Source: an uncultured Gemmatimonadales bacterium
Lineage (GTDB): Bacteria; Gemmatimonadota; Gemmatimonadetes; Longimicrobiales; Longimicrobiaceae
Assembly (NCBI GenBank): GCA_963716255.1
Contig: OY970303.1
Span: 5,376,001 to 5,440,000, forward strand
Direction of reading: 5' to 3'
DNA: 64,000 bases
Positions 1 through 29,644 of this stretch are shown here, piece after piece. Within the stretch, counting starts at the first letter, position 1, and each line of letters starts with the position of its first letter. The position numbers were made by a program, and so were the translations under genes. The notes beneath the pieces are model-generated. The model was not told the DNA's origin. It worked only from the letters and a program-made list of their open reading frames with translations, and did not search any database.

Positions 1-1006
1 GCTGGGGCGGGTGGAGGTGCAGGTGAAGCGGGGCGGGTACGACAACGAGGTGTCGCGCTTCCGCTACGACGTGGTCCTCCACCTGGACGCCGCGCCGGCC
101 GGCGCGCCGCCCGCGGTGCGGAGCTGGAGCGGGGAGGACGAGGCCGGGGTGCGCGCGCTCTTGGGGACGAGCGCGGCGGCGCTCCTGCTCCGCGGCGTCC
201 CCGACCCGGGGACGCGGGAGCACGCCCGCGCCGCGGCATTGCTCGCCGGCCCCGCCGCCACCGTGGACGAGGTGCGGGCGGGCGCGGCCGGCGGCGCGGC
301 CGGGGTCCCGCGCGAAGCGCTCTTCGCGCTGGGCGACGCGTCCGGGCGGATCGTGGAGGTCCGCCCCGGCGCGCCGGGCACGCTGGACGTGCTCCTGCAC
401 CCCGCGGGGGGCGCCGCGGCCCTGCCGGCGGAGGAGCCGGCGGAGGAGCGGCCGTGGGAGTCGTACGCCAACGACCCCCAGTGGGGACGCCGCATCCGCG
501 CGCTGGCGCCGGCGTTGCGCTCCGCCCTGCGCGCGCGCCTCCCCGAGTACATGCTCCCGTCGGCCCTGGTGGTCCTGGAGTCCCTGCCCGTCACCCCCAA
601 CGGCAAGGTGGACCGGCAGGCGCTCCCGGCCCCCGACACCGCCGGCTCGCGCGACCAGGCGTACGCGGCGCCGCGGAGCGCGCTGGAGGAGGCGCTGGTG
701 GGGATCTGGCAGGAGGTGCTGGGGGTGGAGCGCGTAGGCATCCACGACAGCTTCTTCGACCTGGGCGGGCACTCGCTGCTCGCCACCCAGCTCGTCGCGC
801 GCATCGGGGTGCTCCGGGTGGAGGTCCCCGTGCGCCAGGTGTTCCAGACGCCCACGGTGGCCGGGCTCGCCGAGTCCGTCACCCGCAACGAAACGACCCC
901 GGGAGCGGCCGAGATGATCGCCAGAGTCCTGCTGAAGCTGAAGACCATGTCGGCCGGGGAGCGCGCCGCCGCGCTCCGGGCGAAGCAGACCCCGGTGGGC
1001 ACGTGA
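1..1006 (+). CDS. NRPS, C-terminal part (end of embedded methyltransferase, A-domain C-terminus, PCP); 5'-truncated by window edge
   Basis: KRGGYDNEVSRFRYDVVL and WESYANDP resemble the end of an N-MT insert. They are followed by LPEYMLPS..PVTPNGKVDR (A9/A10) and PCP motif [14 protein letters not shown]. Confidence 0.92.
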   Translation, partial: LGRVEVQVKRGGYDNEVSRFRYDVVLHLDAAPAGAPPAVRSWSGEDEAGVRALLGTSAAALLLRGVPDPGTREHARAAALLAGPAATVDEVRAGAAGGAAGVPREALFALGDASGRIVEVRPGAPGTLDVLLHPAGGAAALPAEEPAEERPWESYANDPQWGRRIRALAPALRSALRARLPEYMLPSALVVLESLPVTPNGKVDRQALPAPDTAGSRDQAYAAPRSALEEALVGIWQEVLGVERVGIHDSFFDLGGHSLLATQLVARIGVLRVEVPVRQVFQTPTVAGLAESVTRNETTPGAAEMIARVLLKLKTMSAGERAAALRAKQTPVGT

Positions 1007-4000
1007 GCGGGGGACCCGACGCGGGACTTTCCGCGGAAGACCTGGAGCTCATGGCCCTCCTGCTGGAGGAGGCCGGGATCGAGTCGGCCCGGCCGGAGGG
1101 CGTGCGGCCCCGCGACCCCGGCGCGCGCGTCCCGCTCTCCTTTTCGCAGAAGCGGATCTGGTTCCTGGAGCAGCTGGAGCCGGAGACGCGCATCTACAAC
1201 GACGTGTCCGGCCTGCGGCTGGTGGGCGAGCTGGACGGCGCGGCGATGGACGCGGCCGTGCGGGGCGTGGTGGAGCGGCACGAGTCGCTGCGCACCGTGT
1301 TCGTGGAGGAGGCCGGCGAGCCGGTGCAGGTGGTGCTCGAAGACCACCCCGTGCGGCTGGAGCTCCGCGACCTGTCGCACCTCCCCGAGGACGACCGGCT
1401 GGCGGAGGTGCGCCGCGTCGCCGACGAGGTCACCCTGGTCCCCTTCGACCTGGTGCGCGGCCCGCTGCTGCGCCCCGTCCTGCTCCGCCTGGGGGAGCGC
1501 GATCACGCGCTCCTCCTGGCCCTTCACCACATCATCTTCGACGGGTGGTCCTGGGGAATCTTCTGGCGCGACCTCCTGGCGCTGTACAACGCCACGCGCG
1601 AGGGGCGGCCGTCCCCGCTCCCCCCGGTCGCGCTCCAGTACGGCGACTTCGCGGTGTGGCAGCAGGAGCACCTGGCCGGGGGCGCCCTGGAGCGGCAGAC
1701 GGAGTACTGGAAGGAGCGACTCCGCGGCGCGCCCACGCTGATCGGCCTCCCCACCGACCGGCCGCGCCCCGCCGAGCAGACCTACCGCGGCGACTCCTTC
1801 GACTTCACGGTCCCGGAGGAGATCTCCGCCCGCGTGGCCGCGCTCGCGCAGCGGGAGGGCGCCACGCTGTTCATGGCGCTGCTCGCCGTGCTCGCCTCGC
1901 TCCTGGGCCGCTACTCGGGCGAGGACGACGTGGTGATCGGGTCGCCCATCGCCAGCCGGACCCGGCCGGAGCTGGAGGGCGTCGTCGGCCTGTTCGCGAA
2001 CACGCTGGCCATCCGCGCGGAGCTGGCGGGGGAGCCGAGTTTCCGCGCGCTGCTGCGCCGCGTGCGCGACGCGGTGTTCGAGGACTACGCCAACCAGGAC
2101 CTCCCCTTCGAGAAGATCGTGGAGGAGCTGCGCGGGGAGCGCAGCCTCAGCTACAACCCGGTGTACCAGGTCCTCTTCGTGCTTCACAACTTCCCGCGCG
2201 TGCACGGCGGCTTCGGCGGGCTGGAGATCCACCCGCTGGAGATGGCGCACCGCAAGTCCAAGCTGGACCTGGCGCTGTCGATGATGGAGGACGGGGGCGC
2301 CATCCGCGGCGGCTGGGAGTACAGCACCGAGCTGTTCGACCGGGACACCATCGTCCGCCTCACCGACCACTTCGTGGTCCTGCTCGCCGCGGCGGTGGCG
2401 GAGCCGGACCGGCCCCTCGCCGACCTCCCGCTGGTGCGGCCGGAGGAGCGCACGCGCCTGCTCCGCACCTGGAGCATCGGCGCCCTCGCCGGGACGGACC
2501 CGCGCCCGGTCCACCTCCTCGTCCGGGAGCAGGCGGAGCGGACGCCGGACGCCGTGGCCGTCGCCCTGGCGGGCGAGACGCTCACCTACGGCGAGCTGGG
2601 GCGGCGCGGCCGCGCCCTGGCGCACTATCTCCGCGGGCGCGGCGTGGGCCCGGAGACGCGGGTGGGCGTGTACCTGGACCGCTCGCCGGAGCTGCTGGTG
2701 GCGCTGCTGGGGGTGCTGGAGGCGGGCGGCGCGTACGTCCCGCTCGACCCGCAGTACCCGCGCGACCGCCTGGCGTACCTGGTCCGCGACTCGGGGATCG
2801 CGGTGCTCCTCACCCGCGAGCGCCTGTTCGCGGAGCTGCCGGGGAGCGCCGCGGCCGAGGTGGTCTTCCTGGACGCGGACCGGGCGCGGATCGAGGCGGA
2901 GCCGGGCGCCGCGCCGGAAACGCCGGTCTTCCCGGAAAGCTCCGCGTACGTGATCTACACCTCCGGCTCCACCGGGAAGCCCAAGGGGGTCGTGGTCCCG
3001 CACGGCGCGCTGGCCGGGTTCACGGCGGCGGCGCGGGGGGCGTACGGGATCGGGCCGGCGGACCGGGTGCTCCAGTTCGCCTCGGTGGCCTTCGACGCGA
3101 GCGCGGAGGAGATCTGGCCGACGCTGGCCTCCGGGGCCCGCCTGGTGCTTCGCACCGAGGAGATGCTGGGCTCGGCGCGGCTGTTCCTGGAGGCCTGCCG
3201 GGAGTGGGGGATCACGGTGCTGGACCTGCCCACCGCGTACTGGCACGAGCTGGTGGCCGAGCTGAGCGAGGAGGCGGGGGCGGATCTTCCGGCGGCGCTG
3301 CGGCTGGTGATCATCGGCGGGGAGCGGGCGCTTCCGGAGCGTCTGCGCGCGTGGCGGGAGCGGTTCGGGGCGCGGGTGCGGCTGGTGAACACGTACGGCC
3401 CCACGGAGGCGACGGTGGTGGCCACGCTGTGCGACCTGCAGGAGGCGGAGGACGACCCGTCGTCGGCCCCGCGGCACGTGGCGATCGGGAGGGCTCTGGG
3501 GCACGCTCGGGCCTACGTGCTGGACCCGCGGGGCGAGCCCGCCCCGGTGGGGGTGCCGGGGGAGCTGTACCTGGGGGGCGGGGGCGTGGCGCGCGGCTAC
3601 CTGGGCGACCCGTCGCGGACGGCCGGGGCGTTCGTGCCCGACCCGTTCACGGGGGTGGCGGGGGCGCGGCTGTACCGCAGCGGCGACCGGGTGCGGTGGC
3701 GCGCGGAGGGGACGCTGGAGTTCATCGGGCGGGTGGACCAGCAGGTGAAGATCCGGGGGTTCCGGGTGGAGCCGGGGGAGGTGGAGGCGGTGCTGTCGCG
3801 TCAGCCGGGTGTGGAGGACGCCGCGGTGGTGGCGCGGGAGGACGCGCCGGGGCAGCCGCGTCTGGTGGCGTACGTGGTGCTGGCGGAGCCGGCGCCGCCG
3901 GTGTCCGCGCTGCGGACCGCGCTGAAGGCGGAGCTGCCGCCCTACATGGTGCCCGCCGCGTGGGTGGTGCTGGACGCCCTGCCGCTCACCCCGGGCGGCA

Positions 4001-4383
4001 AGACCGACCGGCGGGCGCTGCCCGCGCCGGAGGCCCGCGGCGCCGCCCCGGAGGGGCAGGCGGCGGGGGCCGTCCCGCGCACCGACGCCGAGCGCGTGGT
4101 CGCCGAGGCGTGGCGCGAGGTGCTCGGGGTGGACGAGGTGGGGCTGGACGACAACTTCTTCGACCTGGGCGGACACTCGCTCCTGCTGGCGCGCCTGCGC
4201 AGCCGGCTGCGCGGTAGGTTCCCGTCCGACGTGTCCATCGTCGTCCTCTTCCGCTATCCCACGGTGCGGTCGCTGGCGGAGCACCTGGCGGGGGGCGAGC
4301 CGCAGGCCGGCCCCACCCCGCCGGACGAGGGCGAGGTGGACCGGCGCCGCGCCGCGATGCGGCGGCTCCGCGACAAGCGGTAA
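1003..4383 (+). CDS. Single-module NRPS (C-A-PCP)
   Basis: GTG at 1003 overlaps the upstream TGA (GTGA). Motifs: [47 protein letters not shown]. No TE domain. Confidence 0.95.
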   Translation: MSGGPDAGLSAEDLELMALLLEEAGIESARPEGVRPRDPGARVPLSFSQKRIWFLEQLEPETRIYNDVSGLRLVGELDGAAMDAAVRGVVERHESLRTVFVEEAGEPVQVVLEDHPVRLELRDLSHLPEDDRLAEVRRVADEVTLVPFDLVRGPLLRPVLLRLGERDHALLLALHHIIFDGWSWGIFWRDLLALYNATREGRPSPLPPVALQYGDFAVWQQEHLAGGALERQTEYWKERLRGAPTLIGLPTDRPRPAEQTYRGDSFDFTVPEEISARVAALAQREGATLFMALLAVLASLLGRYSGEDDVVIGSPIASRTRPELEGVVGLFANTLAIRAELAGEPSFRALLRRVRDAVFEDYANQDLPFEKIVEELRGERSLSYNPVYQVLFVLHNFPRVHGGFGGLEIHPLEMAHRKSKLDLALSMMEDGGAIRGGWEYSTELFDRDTIVRLTDHFVVLLAAAVAEPDRPLADLPLVRPEERTRLLRTWSIGALAGTDPRPVHLLVREQAERTPDAVAVALAGETLTYGELGRRGRALAHYLRGRGVGPETRVGVYLDRSPELLVALLGVLEAGGAYVPLDPQYPRDRLAYLVRDSGIAVLLTRERLFAELPGSAAAEVVFLDADRARIEAEPGAAPETPVFPESSAYVIYTSGSTGKPKGVVVPHGALAGFTAAARGAYGIGPADRVLQFASVAFDASAEEIWPTLASGARLVLRTEEMLGSARLFLEACREWGITVLDLPTAYWHELVAELSEEAGADLPAALRLVIIGGERALPERLRAWRERFGARVRLVNTYGPTEATVVATLCDLQEAEDDPSSAPRHVAIGRALGHARAYVLDPRGEPAPVGVPGELYLGGGGVARGYLGDPSRTAGAFVPDPFTGVAGARLYRSGDRVRWRAEGTLEFIGRVDQQVKIRGFRVEPGEVEAVLSRQPGVEDAAVVAREDAPGQPRLVAYVVLAEPAPPVSALRTALKAELPPYMVPAAWVVLDALPLTPGGKTDRRALPAPEARGAAPEGQAAGAVPRTDAERVVAEAWREVLGVDEVGLDDNFFDLGGHSLLLARLRSRLRGRFPSDVSIVVLFRYPTVRSLAEHLAGGEPQAGPTPPDEGEVDRRRAAMRRLRDKR

Positions 4384-4409
4384 GTTGTAACGGATTGAAC
4401 TGATTGGTC

Positions 4410-4560
4410 GGGCGTGCCCCCGGCTGGCGCCGGGGTCGGGCTTCGGCTCCGTAGGCGAGCAAACAACGCTCGCCAACGGAGTCGAGCCCCGGCAAACGGC
4501 CGCCGGGTCTCGCCCCTTCGGGCCGAAATCCCTCACGCGGGGTTCGCGCTGGCGTCCGCG
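4410..4560 (+). repeat. Structured ~150-nt interspersed repeat, copy A
   Basis: GGGCGTGCCCCCGG...GGGGTCGGGCTTCGGCTCCGT...ACGGAGTCGAGCCC...GGTCTCGCCCCTTCGGGCCGAAATCCCTCACGCG, matching four other copies in the window. Confidence 0.9.
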
Positions 4561-4564
4561 CCGG

Positions 4565-4875
4565 TGGGCCCCCTCCCCAACCCCTCCCCCGCAAGCAGGG
4601 GAGGGGCTTTTCTCGTGCGTGGAGCAGATGGTGAGCTGGCGTCCGCGGGGGCGCCCCCACCCGGCTCGCTTGAGGCTCGCCACCCTCCCCCAATTCTGGG
4701 GGAGGGCTTCCTGACCCTCGACCTCCGTCATGTCATTCTCCCCCTCCCCCTTGCGGGGGAGGGGGTCGGGGGGAGGGGGGGCCGAGGTCCGGCAGGATAC
4801 CCGACCTCCACCCCGCCGTTCTCCCCCTTTCCCCCGCTTGCGGGGGAGAGGGGGCCGGGGGGTGAGGGGGCCCAC
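4565..4875. repeat. Cluster of REP-like GC-rich palindromes
   Basis: Examples: CCCCTCCCCCGCAAGCAGGGGAGGGG; GGCTCGCTTGAGGCTCGCCACCCTCCCCCAATTCTGGGGGAGGG; CCCCGCTTGCGGGGGAGAGGGGGCCGGGGGGTGAGGG. Related units lie at ~38270-38345 and ~45110-45445. Confidence 0.75.
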
Positions 4876-4878
4876 CCT

Positions 4879-5029
4879 CGCGGACGCCAGCGCGATCCCC
4901 GCGTGAGGGCTTTCGGCCCGAAGGGGCGAGACCCCGCGGCAGTTTGCGGGGGCTCGACTCCGTTAAGCAGCGTTGTTTGCTGCTTTACGGAGCCGAAGCC
5001 CGACCCCGGCGCCCGCCGGGGGCACGCCC
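4879..5029 (-). repeat. Structured interspersed repeat, copy B (inverted relative to A)
   Basis: The reverse complement matches copy A, with different but still complementary stem sequences. Confidence 0.9.
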
Positions 5030-5077
5030 AGACCGTTCGTACCCGGCCGTTTCAACCAGATCCGACCATCACCCCGT

Positions 5078-24265
<19,188 letters not shown>

Positions 24266-24543
24266 GCTCGGAGGAAGCGCGGGTGTATTCAGGAGGCGGC
24301 GCCGCGAACCCTCTCGCGCCGCCCGGAGCCGGTCGTCAGCCGGATGCGGCATGAGCGACCACGCGCCGATGCCGCCCGCACGTCGCGGGCAGGCAGCAGC
24401 GCAGGGAAAGCGTCGTGCCGGTGAGAGGACGGGGGCCGCCCGGGAAGTGCGGCGGCGCGGCCCCCGCGCGTGCGCACGCGCAGGCAGGGGCACTGGCGGA
24501 TCCGGGCCGCGATGCGCGGGACCTCCCCGGAGCCGGAGTACGG

Positions 24544-24572
24544 ACGTTAACCAAGCCTCACGGGACTGGCAA
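24544..24572 (-). promoter_or_regulatory. Putative sigma70-type promoter for the NRPS-PKS
   Basis: On the minus strand, TTGCCA-N17-TAACGT lies about 280 nt upstream of the ATG. Confidence 0.4.
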
Positions 24573-24778
24573 GTTCGTGTCCTGTTCCATGCGCGCCGTG
24601 AAGCCGGGCTCGTCGGCCCGTGAAGCGCCGCCGGGCTTGTCCGGCCGGGGCGGCGCGGTACCTTTTCCGTCCTGGCGGGCGCGACGGCCGCCCTCCCCGC
24701 GCGGCTCGATCGCGCTGCAGCGACTCCCAGCGCACGGCGCCCGCGCGGCGCGCCCTCCCGGTGCCCCCTGAGGCGGAA

Positions 24779-26398
24779 ATGAAAGTCTTCGAGATCGTCG
24801 TGGCGATGCTCCTGGGCGGCGCGGCGCTCGCAGCGGTGGCGCGGCGGTTCGGCGCGCCCTACCCCGCGCTGGTGGCGCTCGCCGGGGCGGCGCTCGCCCT
24901 CGTCCCCGGCGTGCCCACGATCGTGCTCGATCCCGAGCTGGCGCTCGCGCTGTTCGTCGCCCCCGTCCTGGTGGACGCCGCCTTCGACGCCTCGCCGCGC
25001 GACCTGCGCGCGAACTGGCGCGCGGTCACGAGCCTCGCCCTCGGCGCGGTCGCGCTCACGGTCGCCGTGGTCGCCGTCGTCGCGCGGCTGCTCGTTCCCG
25101 GAATGCCGTGGGCGGCGGCGATCGCGCTGGGGGCCATCGTGGCGCCGCCCGACGCCGCGGCCGCCACCACGGTGCTCAAGCAGCTCCGGCCGCCGCACCG
25201 GCTGCTGGTGATCCTGGAGGGGGAAAGCCTCTTCAACGACGCCAGCGCGCTGCTCGTCTACCGCCTCGCCGTGGGGGCCGCGCTCGCCGGCTCCCTGTCC
25301 GGCTGGAGCGTGCTGCCCACGCTGCTCGTGGTCACGCTGGGCAGCGTCGCCCTCGCGCTCGTGCTGTCGCGGCTCACGCTCGCCGTGACGGCCCGCGTCC
25401 GCGACGTGTCGACCGGCATCGTCGTGCAGTTCTGCACCACGTTCGGCGTGTGGATCCTGGCCGAGCGGCTGCACCTGTCGGGGATCATCACGACGGTGGT
25501 CTTCGCGATGGCGGCCTCGCGCCGCGCGCCCGAGGTCATGCCGGCCCGCATCCGCATCCCCTCGTGGGCGGTGTGGGAGGTGGCGGTCTTCGTGCTGAAC
25601 GTGCTCGCGTTCATCCTGGTGGGCTTCCAGCTCAAGTCCATCGCCGCGCGGGTCACGGCCCCGGAGGGATCCCGGTACGCCGCGGTGGCGGCGGCGGTGT
25701 GCGCCGCGGTCATCGTCGCGCGCATCGCGTGGGTGACGGGCGCGGCGGCGTTCAGCCGGTGGCGCTGCCGCCCCCGCGCGGACGGCGTCCCCGGCCCGCG
25801 CGACGCGGTGGCGCTGTCCGCGCGCGCCGCGGCGGTGGTGGGGTGGTGCGGCATGCGCGGCACCGTGACGCTCGCGGCCGCTCTCGCGCTCCCCACCGGC
25901 GCCCACGGCGGCGCCCCCTTCCCGTACCGGGACCTGATCGTCGTCACCGCGTTCGGCGTCGTGCTCGGCACCCTGGTGCTCCAGGGGCTCACGCTGCGTC
26001 CGCTTCTCCTTCACCTCCGGCTGGAGGACGACGGCTCCGTGGAGCGCGAGGTGCGCCTCGCCCGCGTCCAGACGCTTCAGGCTGCGGTCGCGGAGATCGC
26101 GGAGTGCCCCGGCGCCGAGACCGCGGCGCTGGTGCGGCACCGCTACGCGCTGCAGCTGAGCCGCGCCGAGGAGGCCGCGGCCGCGCCCGCGGCCTTCGCC
26201 GGGGTCGACGGCCAGGACGCGGACGAGGCGGTCGTGCGCGCCGCGACCGTGGCCCAGCGGCGGCGCCTCATGGCGCTCCGATCCGACGGCACCATCGGCG
26301 ACGCCGCGTTCCAGCGCGTGGAGGAAGAGCTCGACTGGGCGGAGCTGGACTGGGCCCGGCTGGTCCACGCGGGCCAGCCGGGAGACGGGGCGGCGTAG
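24779..26398 (+). CDS. Na+/H+ antiporter (CPA1/NhaP family)
   Basis: Multi-TM protein with [23 protein letters not shown] and [12 protein letters not shown] motifs. Confidence 0.9.
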   Translation: MKVFEIVVAMLLGGAALAAVARRFGAPYPALVALAGAALALVPGVPTIVLDPELALALFVAPVLVDAAFDASPRDLRANWRAVTSLALGAVALTVAVVAVVARLLVPGMPWAAAIALGAIVAPPDAAAATTVLKQLRPPHRLLVILEGESLFNDASALLVYRLAVGAALAGSLSGWSVLPTLLVVTLGSVALALVLSRLTLAVTARVRDVSTGIVVQFCTTFGVWILAERLHLSGIITTVVFAMAASRRAPEVMPARIRIPSWAVWEVAVFVLNVLAFILVGFQLKSIAARVTAPEGSRYAAVAAAVCAAVIVARIAWVTGAAAFSRWRCRPRADGVPGPRDAVALSARAAAVVGWCGMRGTVTLAAALALPTGAHGGAPFPYRDLIVVTAFGVVLGTLVLQGLTLRPLLLHLRLEDDGSVEREVRLARVQTLQAAVAEIAECPGAETAALVRHRYALQLSRAEEAAAAPAAFAGVDGQDADEAVVRAATVAQRRRLMALRSDGTIGDAAFQRVEEELDWAELDWARLVHAGQPGDGAA

Positions 26399-26463
26399 CC
26401 GGCCCGGCGGCCCGGATCGTCCGCCGGAGTGTGGGTTCGCAGGCAGCTCGCGAGATGACCCTG

Positions 26464-27042
26464 ATGAAGAAAGTAGAAGTCGTTCCCCACGACCCGCGGT
26501 GGCGGGACGCGTTCGACGCGGAGGCGAAGCGGGTCGCCGCCGCGCTCGGCGCCAACGCCGTGGCCATCCACCACATCGGCAGCACGGCCATTCCGGGGAT
26601 CCACGCCAAGCCCGTGATCGACCTCCTGGTGGAGGTCGCGGACCTCGCCGGGGTGGACGGGCGTGCTCCGGCGATGGCGTCGCTCGGCTACGAAGCGATG
26701 GGCGAGTACGGCATCCCCGGCCGCCGGTACTTCCGCAGGGACGACCCGGAGGGAGCAAGGACGCACAACCTCCACGCGTTCCGGGCCGGCTCGGGAGAGG
26801 TGGAGCGCCACCTGGCGTTCCGCGACTACATGATCGCTCATCCCGCGGAAGCACGGGCGTACGGCGAGCTGAAGAGGAAGCTGGCGGCCGAGCACCCGTG
26901 GAGCATGGACGGGTACATGGACGGCAAGGACGGCTTCATCCGGGAGATGGACCGCAGGGCGGCGCGGTGGCGCGGCCCGCACGCCGGACGGCAGCCGCGG
27001 CCCGGCGAGCCGCCGGACGGGAGGGCGCCGCGGCAGGGCTGA
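26464..27042 (+). CDS. GrpB family protein (nucleotidyltransferase-like)
   Basis: [50 protein letters not shown]. Confidence 0.9.
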   Translation: MKKVEVVPHDPRWRDAFDAEAKRVAAALGANAVAIHHIGSTAIPGIHAKPVIDLLVEVADLAGVDGRAPAMASLGYEAMGEYGIPGRRYFRRDDPEGARTHNLHAFRAGSGEVERHLAFRDYMIAHPAEARAYGELKRKLAAEHPWSMDGYMDGKDGFIREMDRRAARWRGPHAGRQPRPGEPPDGRAPRQG

Positions 27043-27083
27043 AAGCGGGACGGGGGCGCCCGCGCGCGCCCCCGTCGCCGGCG

Positions 27084-27665
27084 CTACCGGCGCAGCGCGT
27101 AGTGCAGGCCGACCACGCCGGTGGGATACGGCGTCGCGGACAGCAGCTCGAATGCCGCGTGCACGCCGTCCGGCAGCACCCGCTTGCCGCTCCCGAGCGT
27201 GATCGGGTACACCAGCAGGTGCAGCTCGTCCACCAGGCCGTGCTCGACCAGGGCGTGCACGAGCTGGCTGCTGCCGTCCGTCAGGATGTCGCCGCCGGAC
27301 TGCTCCTTGAGCGCGCGCACCGACTCGACCACGTTGTCGCGGATGATGGTCGTGTTGCGCCAGATGGGATCCTGGAGCGTCGCGGAAACGACGTACTTCT
27401 TCGGGGCGTTCATCAGGTCGCCGAAGAAGTCGCCTTCCGGCATGGGCTCGAACGCCTCCGCGTGGGTGACGTACGTACGCCGCCCCAGGAGGAACGCGTC
27501 GCAGCCCTGCATCATCTCGACGAAGGCCTTGCCGATGTCGTCGTGCCAGTAGGGCAGCGTCCAGCCGCCGTGCTCGAACCCTCCGTCCCGGTCCTCGTCC
27601 TTGCCGCCGGGCGCCTGCATCACGCCGTCCAGGGTCACGAACTCGGAAACGATCAGCTTTCTCAC
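27084..27665 (-). CDS. Dihydrofolate reductase / RibD C-terminal family protein
   Basis: GTG start [55 protein letters not shown]. Confidence 0.88.
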   Translation of the reverse strand: MRKLIVSEFVTLDGVMQAPGGKDEDRDGGFEHGGWTLPYWHDDIGKAFVEMMQGCDAFLLGRRTYVTHAEAFEPMPEGDFFGDLMNAPKKYVVSATLQDPIWRNTTIIRDNVVESVRALKEQSGGDILTDGSSQLVHALVEHGLVDELHLLVYPITLGSGKRVLPDGVHAAFELLSATPYPTGVVGLHYALRR

Positions 27666-27754
27666 GGGGCCTCTCTGGTGGGGGTCGTCGGTCACCGCTT
27701 CACATGGGCGTCGAACGGGGATCCCGGAAATCGACACAGCAAAGGAGAAAGACG

Positions 27755-28168
27755 ATGGAGATCAGGCGTAGCGGATCGCAGCCCTCGGGGCGGGGACCGG
27801 CCGAGTGGTTCACCGGCACGGTCCGGATCGATCCGCTGTTCGGCGCGAACGCGCCGGCGCGGGCGGCCGGCAACGCGGTGACGTTCGAGCCCGGCGCCCG
27901 CACGGCATGGCACACCCATCCCCTGGGCCAGGTGCTCATCGTCACGGCGGGCTTCGGCCGGGTCCAGCGCGAGGGAGGCCCCGTCGAGGAGATCCGCCCG
28001 GGCGACGTGGTCTGGTTCGAGCCCGGCGAGAAGCACTGGCACGGCGCGTCGCCCACCACGGCGCTGACCCACATCGCCATCCAGGAGGCGCTGGACGGCA
28101 GGGCGGTGGACTGGCTGGAGCACGTCGCCGACGAGCAGTACCACGCCGGCACGCCGGGCGAGCGCTGA
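27755..28168 (+). CDS. Cupin domain protein
   Basis: RBS AAGGAG; motifs [18 protein letters not shown] and PGEKHWHGA. Confidence 0.9.
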   Translation: MEIRRSGSQPSGRGPAEWFTGTVRIDPLFGANAPARAAGNAVTFEPGARTAWHTHPLGQVLIVTAGFGRVQREGGPVEEIRPGDVVWFEPGEKHWHGASPTTALTHIAIQEALDGRAVDWLEHVADEQYHAGTPGER

Positions 28169-28203
28169 GCGCGGCGTCGGCCGCTCCGACAGGGTGGGAA
28201 TAC

Positions 28204-28239
28204 CAGAAGCCCGACAGCCAGGTGACTGTCGGGCTTCTG
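28204..28239. terminator. Hairpin terminator next to the tRNA-Pro fragment
   Basis: CAGAAGCCCGACAG-CCAGGTGA-CTGTCGGGCTTCTG, a perfect 14-bp stem. Confidence 0.7.
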
Positions 28240-28250
28240 CTTCGCCGAGC

Positions 28251-28294
28251 CGGGCCCGCGGGATTTGAACCCGCGACACCCTGGACCCCATCCA
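28251..28294 (-). repeat. Diverged 3' half of tRNA-Pro(GGG); att-like boundary of the island
   Basis: The minus strand reads TGGATGGGGTCCAGGGTGTCGCGGGTTCAAATCCCGCGGGCCCG versus intact TGAATGGGGTTCAGGGGGTCGCGGGTTCAAATCCCGCCGTCCCG. Confidence 0.85.
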
Positions 28295-28419
28295 TCGGTG
28301 CCGCGGTGTCATCTCTGGGGCAGAGTCACGATTCCGGGTCTACCATGACGCAGGAACAGCCCGGACGCGATGCGGCGGGTTCCCGGCCGGTGCGGCACCG
28401 GCCGGAGATCTTCGCGTCA

Positions 28420-28809
28420 TCAGCTCTCTGGAGAACCCGGCTGCTGGCCGGGGAGGACGAAGGAGCCGAGTTCGATCTGCGAGAAGCCCCCGTTGCCGCT
28501 GAGCTTCGCCTGGCCCAACCCGTTGACGGCCAGAGTCACCTGCCCTCCGCCTTCGTAGCGGAAGACCACCTCCTCGCCCTGGTAGCTGATGAGGACGCCC
28601 CATGTGGCCTTGCTGAATCCGCCGATCTGCTGGTCGCCGATGTCGAGGAAGTTGATCTCACCAAGCCCCGGGACGGTGACAACGACGTTTCCCAGCGCCT
28701 TCGGGACGACGTAGGGGGGATCGCGGGGGGCCACCTGGTGCGGGCCGACGGCTACGTCGTAGACGGTGATGGCGTACGCGTACGAGTTGCTGACGGTGAG
28801 GTTGTACAT
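28420..28809 (-). CDS. Hypothetical protein (129 aa, beta-strand-rich)
   Basis: MYNLTVSNSYAY... has protein-like composition and GC3-biased codons. No family recognised. Confidence 0.65.
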   Translation of the reverse strand: MYNLTVSNSYAYAITVYDVAVGPHQVAPRDPPYVVPKALGNVVVTVPGLGEINFLDIGDQQIGGFSKATWGVLISYQGEEVVFRYEGGGQVTLAVNGLGQAKLSGNGGFSQIELGSFVLPGQQPGSPES

Positions 28810-28934
28810 GGTCGCGCTCCCGGGTCGGGATGGGGCTGCTGGGAAGGAGCGCGGAAGGTGGCCGCCTGCCCTTACTGGCGCAAGCAGACCGTTCAGGCCG
28901 TTCTGCAAGGGGAACGAGAAAGGCCCAGGTGGGT

Positions 28935-29564
28935 CTAGCAGGGTTGATCCGTTGACGGAGCCTGAGCAACGACGGCGGTTATCCCATTCGTGCTGGGTTC
29001 ATCGGGGGAGTCAATTTCCGTTCTGTGCCAGGGCTGCGGATTGAGGAAGGCGTGCAATGCAGTCCAAAATCCAGGACCACCCGCCTGCAAACTGCACTTT
29101 ATCGGCAAGATCTTTTGTATAAAATCATCACGTGCGATTTTCAGTGGTTTCCCAACGTGGAAGGATATTTCGCAACGCTCTGAATATATACTTTTCGCCA
29201 ACCGATCTACCCATACGGTGATCGCATCGGCGAAGAGTGCTTTCGTCAACTGAGATTCAATGGTATTGGTCGTAAGCAAACGCTGTAAATCTGCGATGAA
29301 ATGCTCTACTAAAGACACACTTAAAAGTAGTCTATCATCATCTATATATTTCTCAAGCTGTTCCTGATTATCCCCAATCCTGTCGAGAATAGGCGCCGCA
29401 TAGTGCCGAGCGTCCATCATCTGTGAAGAAAACCAAAGCTGATATAACGTGAGGCAGCTTAGCTTTCTTTCGGTGGCGCGTTGATGAACGAGTGTGTAGG
29501 CACTGAATACAAGTGCACAGACAGCGATTAGGTTGCTCAGCATGTCATCCTCTAGGATCACCAT
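28935..29564 (-). CDS. Hypothetical protein with N-terminal TM helix (DUF4760-like architecture)
   Basis: AT-rich 209-aa ORF with LIAVCALVFSAYTLV followed by a helical domain; RBS GGAGG upstream. The family call is tentative. Confidence 0.55.
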   Translation of the reverse strand: MVILEDDMLSNLIAVCALVFSAYTLVHQRATERKLSCLTLYQLWFSSQMMDARHYAAPILDRIGDNQEQLEKYIDDDRLLLSVSLVEHFIADLQRLLTTNTIESQLTKALFADAITVWVDRLAKSIYSERCEISFHVGKPLKIARDDFIQKILPIKCSLQAGGPGFWTALHAFLNPQPWHRTEIDSPDEPSTNGITAVVAQAPSTDQPC

Positions 29565-29644
29565 CTAATTCCCTCCTAGTAGAACGCCACGGCGTGGCAT
29601 CAGAAAAGAGGCGGCGGCGCGGCTCCCCTTGGAGGAGGTGAGCC

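Noticed and set aside
24569..24583. Possible sigma54 site upstream of the NRPS-PKS (AGGACACGAACTTGC on the minus strand)
   Set aside because: The spacing fits but the -24 element deviates from TGGCAC; the overlapping sigma70-like reading fits at least as well.
24266..26854. N-terminal 863-aa extension of the 7258-aa ORF
   Set aside because: It overlaps the antiporter and GrpB genes on the opposite strand; NRPS-like sequence starts only at MAQPTEH (24265).
28251..28294. Additional functional tRNA-Pro
   Set aside because: Lacks the 5' acceptor strand and D-arm; treated as an att fragment.
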